From: Yuukianura sp. NJ FZ-2021
Taxonomy: Eukaryota
Direction: 5' to 3'
Assembly (NCBI GenBank): GCA_046563655.1
Contig: CM102288.1
Location: forward strand, 2,852,001-2,916,000
Length of the DNA: 64,000 bases
In this document: positions 1 through 13,053 of the stretch, in pieces
How the letters are laid out: each line of letters starts with the position of its first letter
Position numbering within the stretch: position 1 is the stretch's first letter
Program-made: the position numbers and the translations under genes
The notes under the pieces: generated by a model
Databases searched by the model: none
Seen by the model: only the letters and a program-made list of their open reading frames with translations
Told to the model about the DNA's origin: nothing

Positions 1-1857
1 TTCTGGATCGGTACAGTCGTAGGGAAGACCGGCGTACTTCTGGTAGAACGTCATGTAGTCCTCGTACATGTCCACGATCTTGGTAGTTAGTAGTCGACCT
101 TTTGAGCCGCCAATGTCACATCGCTCCAACTTGTAAATCTCGGCCGAAACGTCAAAGAAATCCTAAATAACAAACTCATTAGTTAGTTAAGCATGATTAA
201 TTTGCGAATTAAGCTCAGCATCAGCATGTCAAGCGTTGTATAACCAAAACTTACCCTCATCTGCTTGACTCTTGCTAAAAACTTGTCGTATCGCTTGAAC
301 ACTAGATGTGGCAGGAAGTCCCAGTTCTTGGGATCGCTTGTTTCTGGAAAGTATACTGGAAGATACTCGCGACAACCATCGTACAGTTCCCGGAAGTACT
401 CGAGTGTTTTCACTGCAATGTCAGCTCTAATAAGTCCTTCTTCTGGATCCATCTGGAAAATGGCACTCCCGCCGAGATAGTTCCGGGTTTGCTCGATTAG
501 GAGATTCGCAATTTCTTGGAGCAGTACAATAATCCTGGCGGCAGAACAGTAGTACTTGGAGTGGCCCCAGATGAGACAAACGCAGTGCATCATCGGTCTA
601 AGAAGGTGTTCGATGTCTTCATAAACAGCACCGGAGACAAGGTCGAGATGCTGGGAAACAAAAAATCAGCTAATTACAAAACTTTAAAAAAGAAAACTTT
701 GGTTTTTCATCATTACCTTCTTGAATGGTTTCAAGTGAACTAGAATGTCCTGTGCTTCTGCCAGTGAAGCGACAACATTCCGAAACATTGTTTTGAATGA
801 AGGCCAGTACGTGGATCCAGTCTTCTCTAGGATGATGGCCATTTTTCTTATTCGCTCTTCGTTGAGCTGATCGTAGATACACTGGAGATCTTGGACGCGG
901 TCTTCCCAGAAGGCCAGTTCGGCAAACGGAGTTGGAAAGCCTGTCTGAAGAGCCTTTGAGGAATCCTGTTTGAGCACTTCGTTGATATGCTGGCTCCATT
1001 TGATAACGAGGCTTTCAATCTGTGTCTTCAGTTGCAAGTCAACATCACTCGGTTCACTAAAATGACAAAACCTTAACATTAGTAACAAACTTTAGCAAGT
1101 TTAGCAATAAGACTGTATGTACTGTTACCCTTCTGTCACACGTTGTTCGTTTTCTTCAATGACATCCAATGACAGTGGTATCGGAAGAAGTGTCTTGCCT
1201 TTCAGCTGACCTTGGACACTATACAGAACTCCGCATATTTCTTGAGTGTGGTGTTTCACATCAGTCACTACAGTCTCCGGCCAGTTGTTTTGATTCAACT
1301 CTGCATTAATTACTGGACTCGCCACCTATAAAAATGAAATGGATTAGTTATACGTCAACGGTACGAAGTCATGTACTTCCAAGTATTCTTACATTTTCCA
1401 CAAACGTGACCAAGTGCTCGAGTGGATTTGGAGCCAAGTCACCATGGAGAATGACGTTCCTGAAGGCTGGATCGTGTTTGATAAAGACTGTTGGTTCCTT
1501 CTTGATAAAGAAGCACGACTTGCTCTTGGGGTTCGGTGGATACCCGGTTGATGGAACCAGTAATCCTCCCTGATTGATGTTCATCACAAGCATCTATGAC
1601 ATGAAACAAAAACGATTTACATCAGCTGATTGACCTTTGACATGTACCCAATAACAAAACCTTAGAAAGCAAACGCTTACCATGTTCTCATCCTTGTCAA
1701 AGAAGTCATGGACGACGACTCGAAACTCCTCAGTGGTGTACATCTTCTGCCACTTGTCCATCTTCATCTTGAGGGCCCTCGTACAGTGGTCAAAAATGAA
1801 GTCCAGACGTGGGTCTGCCCCTTGCTCATATGCCCCACCGCCTTCTTTCACACCCAT
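1..1857 (-). CDS. Axonemal dynein heavy chain, outer-arm beta type (DNAH9/11/17, Dhc93AB-like); N-terminal tail exons, gene continues off the left edge
   Basis: Successive minus-strand exons read MGVKEGGGAYEQGADPRLDFIFDHCTRALKMKMDKWQKM..., ...NQNNWPETVVTDVKHH...KGKTLLPIP..., IESLVIKWSQHINEVLK...PTPFAELAFW..., MMHCVCLIWGHSKYYCSAARIIVLLQEIANLLIEQ.... These resemble the dynein heavy chain N1 tail of beta-type outer-arm dyneins. Introns are short and GT-AG. Confidence 0.88.
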
Positions 1858-3051
1858 CTTCGTCCGTCAATCAATCAACGGGTCAATACAGCTGAAAAGT
1901 GATAAAAAGGTACACGATTACGTAATTAATCAATTAACAAATGAAGTTGCGTCAAGGTGCGTGCGGAGAGATTCAAACTGGCAACTACGAAGAACGGAGA
2001 CAAAAACAGAACTGAAGGAATGCCAATGCAAAAAAAAATGTGAACAACGAAACAAACAAATAAATGGAATGCCTCCTTTTGGCTCTCCGGGAGATTTTGA
2101 ATTCTTGTCTCACCTTGCCCCAGAAGCTCTCCAGCAGCAGATTTGCTCGTTTTTAAAACAATAGTACGAACTTTGACAATTTTTTTTTAAATTCTAAGTT
2201 CATATCTATTTTAAAAACGTTTTTTACACGTAAGTGTAAAAAAACGTAATAATCTAAAAAAAAACTATTCAGTGTAAAGTTGATGACTTTGAGTTTTCTC
2301 ACGATTAGTCTAAAGTTTCAGTATAGAAAAAATGCTTGACTTACGCAATTGTTCAAAGTATGTCACTGGCGCTTATTTGGTTTGAAAGCTGCTTTGATAT
2401 TTTTGAAACGAAAAACGATAAATTGCAGCTAAAAACGAAAAAGAAAACGTATGAAAAGTAAAAGTAAACACTGCCGAAGTGTGTTTTCAGCTTCTCGCGA
2501 AGACCTTTCTCATGTTTGATCAATTTGTTGAATTCACAGAAGTGTAATGGATCACCAACCATAGAAACACAAAGAAAATACGAACAGTATAATAAATTTT
2601 GAATTTTGGCGGATTTTCATTATGGTATGGTACAGGGTTAGTAGATTGATAACCTAACCTATCATCCACCCACCCTGGTATGGTAGTTGATTAGAAGTGA
2701 TGGGCTTGGTTAACCTACGAGAGAAAGCATTCCTTTTCCCCCACACTCTGTTTAATTTCATGGACTAATTTATATGAAGAAAGAGAAAGATCGTGAAAGT
2801 GGAATTGCCGCCTCGTAAGCTTCGCAAATTCGCGTTTCATACATAATGGATTTACACTTGCCGCCTTTTGAGACTCAAATGGCCGCCATTAGTTCTGGAA
2901 CGTCCAAGGTGAACTACTAAGTGCGGCAAACTTTAATTGACAGATTTATCCTGAAACGAGCCACCATTTTTTGAAAACCTCCCCCAACATTTTCAAATTC
3001 TACTTTGTGTTGTGATTGTTTCTATACGTAATTTATCTTTATTTATTTTCC

Positions 3052-6000
3052 CTAAAAATGTGTTTCTGAATTATTGTCATTGTCAAATGCTTTGTTTTGT
3101 ATTCCATTTCCATTGGAAGTGTACCGATGTCCGTTCAAGGCCATTCCGTTTACGTTGACATTCGGATTTGACCCAGACCGGTTCCTTTCCTGGAATTCAA
3201 ACAAGCAAAATTTTGCGAAAGAGAGGAATGTGAGAAACTATTTTGAAATCCAGTATTTCAGATTTTTAAAACATACGTTTTTGTATCTGGCACCCAAGTT
3301 CCATCCAACTTTGTGCCGGAACTCCGGAAAGTACCGACGGACAAACAGATCAATCGGAGGAGAAATCAGTTGCGGATTTAATTCTTGCGGATCTTGAGCT
3401 TTCGTTAGAAAGCTTACTAGCAACCCAATCAAAATCGTCAGTGTTCCTCCAATAGCCGAGTACCACATGTAAGACACTCGATAGAACTCCAGTATTCCAC
3501 CACTACTGCCAGCATTTCCTGGACTCATTGGAGCAAATGTCATGTTCCCTGGACATGTGGCTACAGAAACAGGAAGTTTTGGTACGACAATGTCTCCACG
3601 CTGGATGGAAATGTTGGCTCCAAAGCCAAGCCAGAAGATGAAGGTCAGTGCACTCAAAGTTCCTACGAGAGCGCCCTTAGCATTGGCCCAAGGAAAGAAG
3701 ATGCCAAGGGTGAACACTCCCATGAGGGGACCTAAAGGTCAAGGTCAAGGTCAATCTCACAAGCAAGTCGTCAGCATTGAAAACCAGTTTTGCTAAACTT
3801 TCAAAGATGCTTACCCCCGGTCATCCCAAAGATGGACAACGCTGCCTAAACAAGTGAAAATGAGTTTTCATGAAAGTTTTTTTAAAAAAGTGAAAGTTTG
3901 TTTTTCCAAATGAACTTTCTCAATAATTTTGGTCTGAATTTACTTGTAGGACGCCTCCAAGCTGTTCTGCGACAAACACCAGCAAGAACGAAATCAGTCC
4001 GAAGCCGATGGCAAGGCCCTTGGACACTTTTGTGGCTTGTGACTCTGTTAGATTTGGATAGAAGACGCCTTTGACATAGTCTTCCAGACTTATCGCTGCT
4101 AAGCTATTGAGACCACTGGAAACTGTTGAGAGAGCACCACTGAACACGCCAGCTACAAAAATTCCAGGAAGTCCTACGAATCAAACAACATCAAACCAGT
4201 TAATTCTCTGTCACAAGGTAGAATCATTATTCTAAAATAATAATAATTAAGTTAGTAATACTAATAATTATCAATTAACCAGGAATTTCTCCAAGCGTAT
4301 CCATCACGAACAAAGGAAACAATTGGTCCAGCGTTTTGATTCTTTTGGAAGCCAGAGGATCGCAGCCAGCATATTTTGCAAAAATTACGAGTCCACCGTA
4401 GCAGCAAATTGTTAGCAGAGTAAACAGACCTACACCGTTGAACCAAATGGCACTGCAAAAAAAAAACGTGAAAGTGATGACCTTTGACCTTTGGCTTTGA
4501 AATCTTGTTTTGGAAATACCGTTGTGCTTGTTTGATTGATGGAACGGTCATGTAGCGCTGAACTTGAGCTTGATTGGTCCCGTAAATGGAAATCCAAGTG
4601 AAGTATCCTCCAATGAGAAGCCCCCAAATTGTATGTCGGACGCGAGGATCAAAGTCAGTGCTTTCGTCATTTTCAAAAAATCGTGATTTTAAAAAATGAA
4701 TCACTTTATGTTCAAATTTTTTAAATTACTTGAAAAATTCAATTCTCGATCCATTGACAGCCGCTTCCCAAACGGCCGATGCTCCTCCAACATCAACTGC
4801 TCCCTGAAAATCACAAAATTCGCATATTTTTATTTAACAGAAAGTTATACAAGAAATTGAAATTTTAAAAATTTGTTTAAAAAAACTACTTTGATGATGA
4901 CAATCAGCATAGAACCGAACATGATTACAACTTGAAATGTGTCTGTCCACCTAAAAACCATTTTTGTTTATATGTATTTTGTACTTTTTAATACAATTTT
5001 GCTAGTTAAGATCGAGTTGCTCTACTGAACTGTTGATTCACATACATTACGGCCTTCATTCCGCCAAGCGCAGTGTAAAATATACATACGACGAAAATCG
5101 CTGCAACAGCGCCATACACGTTCATCCCAGTCACTGTCGCAATTTAATTTTCAAAAGTAATTGTAGATTTTAAAAATTTCATTTATTCTGGAACTTTGCA
5201 ATTTCTTTTACCTTGGCTCAGGGCTAACGCTGGTGCATAGACGACTATAGCCATGTAGATGCTCTAAAGAACAATGAAAATCATTTTGTAACTTTTAAAA
5301 CAAAGACAGTACTTAGACATGACACGGCATAACTGACATCGCGATGTCACAAAAACCGTCATTTGGACATTATAAAGCACAATTACTTTCAAATTCTGTC
5401 ATTTTTTGTACAATTTACCATTTGGAACGTGAAGATTGAGCTAGCGAGAAGACGCACAGATTTATGAAAGCGTAGTTCCAGGTACTGCAAAAAACAAAAC
5501 AATTATGTTTGATTAATTAATTATGACTTTACAAAATTCATTTTCAACCGAATCTCCGTAAGACCTTGAATTATGCTGCCACTCAATCTGAAGTAACCTT
5601 CACGGCATAAATGAAAAGTTCAAATTCAAAAAATTGTGCAAATGTTGCAAAATTGTGTATGTGTCCATTTTGTCAGAGGTCAAACCTGGACCATTTCCTG
5701 AGTAAATGTGTCACAGAGGTACTTCCAGGAAAATTTTGAATGAAATGAAATTTGAATGTTTACCTCGTATGCACTAGTGACCTGTAGATTGTAAAATACT
5801 GGTAAGTAGAGGTATGCTGCGACCGCCATGACAGGGAAGTACGACATCCCAATTACCCAGTACTGTGTGCCATATCGATACATTTCCACTGGCGTTCCAA
5901 GAAGTGTAATTGCCGACATAAAACTACAAAATAAACAAGGTCAAAGGTCAAAAACAAACTACAACCGATGCCTCTAAGACTAAACTTAACAATACATTCA

Positions 6001-6352
6001 CAATGTTAGCACAAGATACACACTCATGGATTTTGCAACAGACAATGTCAAGGGCAAGGCGAATTGCACTGTGCAAAAATTTATCTCTCTTTCTGAGTTT
6101 CGCTTTTCTCCATGACCTTTGACCTTACCTAGCAATAAGTGACATGCACATTGGTAGCGTTCCCATACTCCGATTGGCCATGAGGAACTCTGATGTCGTC
6201 TTTTGTTTCGAACCGAAACATCCATAAAATACTCCGATACCAGCCGACACTAAAAGCATTGCTATGAAAACGGCATATTCCGGCCACTTGAACCGGTCAG
6301 AGAGATCTTCCGTTCCGAAATCCGGAACAACACCGCCATTTTGTGACGCCAT
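3052..6352 (-). CDS. SLC5 sodium:solute symporter (SMCT/SMVT/NIS-like), paralog 1, multi-exon
   Basis: ATG at 6352 (MASQNGG...YAVFIAMLLVSAGIGVFYG). Family motifs include [61 protein letters not shown] and GVFTLGIFFPWAN. The last exon reads ERNRSG...NSETHF*, with the stop at 3052-3054. Confidence 0.93.
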
Positions 6353-7653
6353 TTCAATTTGCACTCCTAAAACACAACAAAGATTCAAAACTTTTTCGAA
6401 AATGTCACTTTTTAGTTTGAAGTTTACCTTTACGGTTTCTGGGAGTAAAGTTTGATCGAAACTGTTACTGCGAAGATGCTTCCTGCTCTGTTTTAATTTG
6501 ACACTTCTGGCAGTATCATCAAAACTTCAGACAGAACGAAGAAGAAGCCTACAAGCACTTTTAAACAATAGGAATTCAAATAACAATTAACACTACAGCC
6601 AACCCCCTCCCTCTCAAAAATGCCAAACACTAGGAAGTGTTCACTTCTTCCCTTCAGGAATGCAAAAACAAAGTGAAATTAAAAAATGAAGCAACATTTG
6701 ATATGCACTAATCCTCGCGTGTTTTGGCTTTTCAAAAGTGAAAAGCGTCAAGAATTCTGGAAGCCCAAGAACAAGTTTTCTGAAAAAAAAATCAACTTTT
6801 GCTCTTGAAAACGTGACAAGGTCAAAAGGGCCAAAACTTGTTGCGAATTTTTGGCGAAAAACGTCATAAGGCAAGGCTAGGTCTTCACTTTGCAAAAATT
6901 ATTTGCAAACTGAATGAGTGATGAGCCAAATTAGCACTGCAGATTCAATCACCACTACTTACCCCCTGCACCCTCAAAATTTTTACAGCCACGGGGATGA
7001 CCTGAATGTTTTTAACGCTAAACTAAACTCATCTGTTTTCCCAGAAGTTAACAACAATATGTAATGCTTATAACGGAGAAAGTCCAAAAATAGATTCATT
7101 TACTTGTCAATAAAATTTGCATCTCAACCTTTAACAAAAAAAAAATCAAAAGATTCCACTACCTTTGACAGATTGACTTCACAAATTTGAAAATCTGGGT
7201 TAATTAGTCAAGGTGTGAGTTAATTACTCAATTAAATTCACCCTGTGTATCCATCTGAGTTTTAGGTTAAGTAAATTCACTTTTCAGTTAACTACTTTTT
7301 GTGTTCATTAAATTCTGGAACTTGTTTCATTTTAGCTTTTTCGCCTTTGCACATCAAAACATTTTTTAACAAACTTTTCTATTACATCAGTCTTCTAGCA
7401 CCTAAGTAGGAATTTTTTGGTAAACTTTTTGCACCTAAGAACTATTTAGTATCACTTGCAAGTTGAAAATGACTAAAGATTGACTTTTTTTTTTGTTTTC
7501 TTCCTAATTACTTTCGTGCTAAAATATACCATTACTAGCCTATTGGTACAATTTTTTTTCCTTAAAATTGACCTTGAATACCTTGTCAAATACTTGTTGA
7601 TGTACAAAAAGTTGACCAATTGCTTCACAGCCTGTTACACCGCATCTTCGACA

Positions 7654-7876
7654 CGGTGTCAAGTCAATTAAATACCATTGAATCAACTGAATTGTGTCAA
7701 CTGGAATTGTATCAACGCTCAATTGTGTCAACAACTACTTGTACTAGTACTAACCTAAACTCAATTAAGTATTACACGCGTTGACATAATTAGGCGTTGA
7801 CAAAAATACACTTGACTGAATTCAGTTGATCCAATGGCAGTTGATATAATTCAATTGACACAATGGCGTGCTTCCG
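7654..7876. repeat. Foldback/MITE-like inverted repeat built from ~14-15-bp internal units (consensus about aattgtgtcaactg)
   Basis: 7675-7732 (ccattgaatcaactgaattgtgtcaactggaattgtatcaacgctcaattgtgtcaac) aligns without gaps to the reverse complement of 7780-7837 (ccattggatcaactgaattcagtcaagtgtatttttgtcaacgcctaattatgtcaac). The central spacer contains taacctaa. No TSD was identified. Confidence 0.7.
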
Positions 7877-8029
7877 TTGGGCACAAACTTCGTACTTTTC
7901 ATTCGTTTTTAAAAATCAGGTTTGGTTGCCGCTTGAAATTCTTTGTAACATTGTCCACGTTCTTCAGTGTGTAAGATGCAGTTGATGTGGGCGTTTCATC
8001 CTCAGGATTTATACTGAAATGTTCGAAGG

Positions 8030-11000
8030 TCAAAGGGCAGTGGGAATGTCGTCGTCCTTGCGCACATCAACTTCATTGACGACCATCTCCAGCAAGTCGC
8101 CGTTGTGCATCTGCATCTCAACACTGCCTTTGGGTTTTACGTCTGCCGGGGAATCTTCCTACAAAATCGAACGAAACTTAGAAAATGAGAATTCAACTAA
8201 AAATGAAACCAATAAAAATTGAGTTTTACCTTAGAACTGACCAAATTCTCCAATTTCAATGAGTCCAACATACGATTGAGAATGGGACTCAGTAATTCCC
8301 TGCGCACCTTCCCCCTTTGTGGAAACCAAATTGCCAAAATGGACCCCAGCAATATTGTAATTCCAAATCCAATCAGAGAGTAGTACATGTAGGAAATTCG
8401 GTAAAAATAAACATACTCGTTTGGCCTGGAAAATCAAAGACAATGGACAACATTAGGGTTCCAATTACAAAGTAATTGAGCTTAAATTGGAATTGAAACG
8501 TACTCCAAAATGGTGGCATTCCCAAACTGGGGGCTACATGGAAATGGTTCATGCGAGAAATCACCACATTCCAAAGTGTCTCCACTGAGCCGATGGATCG
8601 GCGGTTTCGGGCCACCAAATCCCATCCAAAACCCAAATGCCAAGGCAGTTATAAATCCTGGAACGGCTGCCGACTCACTTACAAATGGAAACATCATTCC
8701 GAGGGTGAAAAGTCCTAGACAAGCAGAAAATCTATGAATTTTTCAATTTTATGAAAAACCTTTGTATTTTTAGTAATCTAGGGCATACCCAATAGCGGAC
8801 CACCGACAACTCCAAACACAGTTAAGCTCACTTGCAAGACACCTTCAAATTGTGCTGCCACAAAAGCAAGCCCGATGGATGCTACACCGTAGCCCAGAGC
8901 CAGCACTTTGTTCATCAGCGTCGTAACGAAGGCTGACGGCGGAGTTCTTACACATGGCTGGTCAAAACACATAAATAATTTAACAGTTTTCAATTTCCAC
9001 CGAATTAAGAGGCTGATGCTCACCATGATATAGTCTTCCCAGGTGACGGCAGCAAGAGAATTGATGGATGACGAAACAGTTGACAAGGATCCCGACAGTA
9101 CTCCAGCTATAAAAAGGCCCGTTACTCCTGGATAGGATCCCATCGAATCTGCTACAAACAGTGGAAGTATCTACGCATCAAAGAAAAGTGTGCTTGATAC
9201 TTCCGGTTCGGGATTTAATTAAGCATTTTATTTTCAGCGCAACAAAAGCCAGTGTTACCTGATCGGCAGCACAAACACGCCCTTGCATCAATGGATCCTA
9301 GTTTTGAAATAGAAAAAAAACCAGGTTACTTCAATAGTTTTTAGAAACAAACTATAAATTCAATCACACTTACACAATGTTCGTACTTGGCAAACAGCGT
9401 TAGCCCAGCCCATCCAGTACTGAAGCTAAGAACCATTAGAATTGGTAGTGAAATCCAAAGACTCCATTGTGCTTCATGCAAAGTCCTGCAAAATTAGAAA
9501 CACGAGTAATAATAGAATTACGCTCTGGAAATTGACAATGCTGAGTTCAGAATCAGGCTTGACCAAAAAATGCACTTGATTAGTTTCCCAGACTTAATTA
9601 CCGTTCTGTTTATTGTAAGAAATTCCACTATCATCAACTTTCATGTCCGAACCGACTTTTATTACAAATTGTCGTGCAAAATTGGTTCTTACCTGACCGT
9701 AAGAAGACGCTGGACCTGTGCTTGATTAACAGCATAGATAGACAAATAAATGAAACTTCCGCCAATCAACTGGCTCCAGAAAGTATGTCGTACGGTCGGA
9801 TCCAGTTCCATGCTAACACGAAAGAAAATAGCAGTGAGAAAAACAATTATGCGGATTACTTCCAGTTCCAAGAGCAATTTAGGTGAGAATTGGTCTGGAC
9901 CAACGATTACAGCACAATTAGTCATTAACCTAATGGTCATGGTAAGACTTTCTCTTGAAAAGTCTACTAAAAACTAACGTTTTAATGACTGGAGAGTGCA
10001 GTTCTTCTTACGGTTATTTGTTTCGGAGGAACAGAATTAGCTTCTTTCACTTACTTGAAGAACTCTATCCGCCCAGTTTCTGCGGCCGTGGAGAAGATGC
10101 TGGAGAGTCCACCGTAGTCTATGGCCCCTTTGATAATGACGATGTAGAGAGCAGCGAACATGAGGAGGCTCTAAATTGAACAACTTATTACACAAGGAAT
10201 GTCTTCGTTGGGAATTCTGACGCAGGACAAAGTTTCTGAACTTCCAGAGACTTACTTGGAATACGTCCGTAATCAACACGGCTTTCATTCCTCCAATTGT
10301 TGAGTAAAATGTACAGACGATGCCAATGGACAGAACGGCAAAGACGGGATCAATTCCTGTAGTTATCGAGAGAGCCAAAGACGGAGCTACATAAGGATCA
10401 AAAACTCTCCGTTAGTTTGCTTATGTAAGATGATTGCTGCTCGAATTTGGATTTCGGATCAACATTTTTACCGTATAAGACAATGCCGGTGTAAAGTACC
10501 ATTTGCATCGTGAAGGCAAGAGAGGCGGAAAGTCTGGCTACCCTTCCGAAACGTTTTTCCAAATACTAAAAAAAACTGCTCATTAAAAACTTGGTCAACA
10601 TAAACGGAGCATGTAAACGATCTTGGGCTGACCGAATACACAGAAGTATCACCAAGATTGTAGAATACTGGTAGGTAACATCGTGTAACAATTGGAGTAG
10701 CCAGAATATAAGCAAAATTGATTGCTTGATATTGAGTTCCATAGAGATAATTTTCGGAGCTGACGCCAAGCAACGTGATTGCTGACATAAAACTGGCCAT
10801 CAGAGAGAAGGCTACTGGTAAAGCGGACATTTGGCCATTTGCTAGCAAATACTCCTACAAGAAATTCAAAAATTGAACAATGTCAAATTCTGCCTAATAA
10901 TGTCCCACATCTAAAACCGTACCTGTACAGTCTTTTGCTTTCCTCCAGTAAATCTGTAGTATAGTCCAATTGCCGCTGAAATTAATAGCATCACTGCAAA

Positions 11001-11030
11001 AACAACGTAATCCCAAATTGCCAGCGCCAT
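8030..11030 (-). CDS. SLC5 sodium:solute symporter (SMVT/SMCT-like), paralog 2, multi-exon
   Basis: ATG at 11030 ([34 protein letters not shown]). Motifs include [59 protein letters not shown] and [33 protein letters not shown]. The last exon reads EDSPADV...DDDIPTAL*, with the stop at 8030-8032. Confidence 0.93.
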
Positions 11031-13011
11031 TTTGCCTTTGTCGATACGGATTCAACGCGTCGGGATAGAAAATCACGATTGGAGAGAAAGAGATCTAGCT
11101 GAACAAAACTCCTTTAGCACTGGAATCCGAACTTCGAATTCGACAGAACACGAGTGGAATCTCCTGGAATTATACAGAAATCTTAGCAATGCATTACCAA
11201 AAAATAAATATTTCAAAACAAATGTAAACTTACTCGTTAATCGAAGAGAGTTTGACTAGATTCAGTAGAGTCCTAGGAATTGTTTATCTTCAGTGGGCAT
11301 CTGAAAGGCGATTGTGTGACTGATGAGTTTTTGACGCGGTGCGAATCTTAACTTTTCTGCGTTCCCCGACACAGCTCCGTAAAACCAGATTTCCAGACAA
11401 ATCGTGACATGGAATCCCCTAAAAATGAATTATTGGTACATCAATGACTCACAGTAAATGCCTAAGCATGATACATCTCAAAATAAGTAATTGTTTGCTG
11501 ATTTTGCCAAATTCCGGTATTCAGCCCGTCATCCAACTGAGACAACACACCTTCTGTACAACTTTAATTACGACTGCATTTGATTTGCCAGTGCCATCAC
11601 GTCTTAACACACCTAAATATTACCAATAAACTTACTTCTCTGCGTCCTCCAGAACCTCTGCCACCAACACCCGAGACGAAACAGAAAAGTAACATTTTAC
11701 TGCCTAAGTTTTACTACCCACTTCATTGTAACTTGATCCACAAATACTTCATGATTAATCCAGTGATAAAAAGACGAAGGAAAGATTAAATTACAACTAA
11801 ATCAACATTTGCGAGGACAAAGGATGATGCTATCCTCAACTAAACACTAATCCGTGAACAATTACAAAAAGATAATGACAAAGGACAAAAAAATTGACAC
11901 ACTCAATTGATTCCAATTTGACATTGACAGACAATGAACAGTTAATTGATTTATGGAGAATTTACCGTAATTTGTGCAGCACATGTAAACAATACGGTTC
12001 TTTTCCCTCCTCCAGTAACACTGTCTTTTGAAAATGAGACTCTACACAAGAAATTGGAGATGCAATAAGCAACACCAAAATTGTCAATTAACTCTAAGTT
12101 ATAATTAATTACCAACTTCTCATTTTATAGTGCCATTAAAAATGACACCATTCATCATATCCTCTTTTACGTATCAATCAACACAATTTGTTCCGCAAGT
12201 GACATTGTTTCATATTTCCACACACGTTTCGCTTGAAAAGCAAAAAATGGCAAATTGCCAACACCTTGTAAATACATCCTAAACTCAAAATTAAAAAAAT
12301 AGGCTAATTACAATCTAAAATTAGCTACAAAGTTAATTAAAAGCTCATAAAGTCAACTATAAGTTCAATTCAGCGAAGTTTTTGCATTAACTTGAAGTTT
12401 AACTTTTTTTTTTGCATAATTCCTGCCACCAACCCTCCCTTAACTCAAGCATTTTTTTACACCAAGAAACTAAACAATTAAATCAAACACAACTTGCTCT
12501 TTTTCTAATCCTGTTGAAATTATTACAAACAAAAATTTCACACTTTTAAGATTTGCATAGTAAATCTCAGCACTCCAAACTAAATGTTATCGATACTTAA
12601 AAATCCCAGGTTTTGCACACGTTTTTGAGTGGTGTTGATTTAAAGTGTTTTTGAGGATTACGGATTGATTGGATGGGTTTAAATGGATCCCGGGAGTCTC
12701 ATCTTTCTAACATTGTGGCTTTTGTGTCCCGAATTTTTGCAGTTTCTCAAAAAACCGATTTCGCATCCCCTATTCCTGAGTAACAGCAGAGAGACGGAAA
12801 AGGACGCGTCACTTTCCTAGTAACCATACTGTAGGATGAAGAAAGTAGTGAAAGAGTGATTGAAAGCTATTGATTCCCTCTACACTCGTCCAATCCGAGT
12901 TCAATTTCACTAATCCCCTTCCACCTTTGCACTAAATCTTTATTAAGGGTGTGCAAATGTTCAAAAAACGAACTTAATAGACTAACTTTCAAAGCGTATG
13001 CCGCTAAGCCT

Positions 13012-13053
13012 TTCCGCAGTGTGACCTCAATCCGATTTCACCTTCAGAAGTGA
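13012..13053 (+). pseudogene. Possible decayed remnant of the allatostatin C (PISCF-type) peptide-coding exon
   Basis: ttccgcagtgtgacctcaatccgatttcaccttcagaagtga reads Q-C-D-L-N-P-I-S in one frame, compared with canonical FRQCYFNPISCF(RK)*. Three 1-nt deletions and three substitutions would be needed to restore it. It lies beside the AstCCC/AstCC pair. Speculative. Confidence 0.25.

Noticed and set aside
1940..1990. Possible RFX X-box for the ciliary dynein promoter (ggcaac half site)
   Set aside because: Only a half site is present. No full GTTNCC-AT-GGNAAC-type palindrome.
2217..2247. Hairpin acgttttttacac-gtaa-gtgtaaaaaaacgt upstream of the dynein gene
   Set aside because: Mostly A/T homopolymer arms with no associated element ends. 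It is plausible by chance in this composition.
5998..6068. Intronic segment reading FALPLTLSVAKSMS, similar to the neighbouring LPMCMSLIASFMS, as a possible duplicated alternative exon
   Set aside because: Similarity is short and weak, and I found no convincing in-phase donor.
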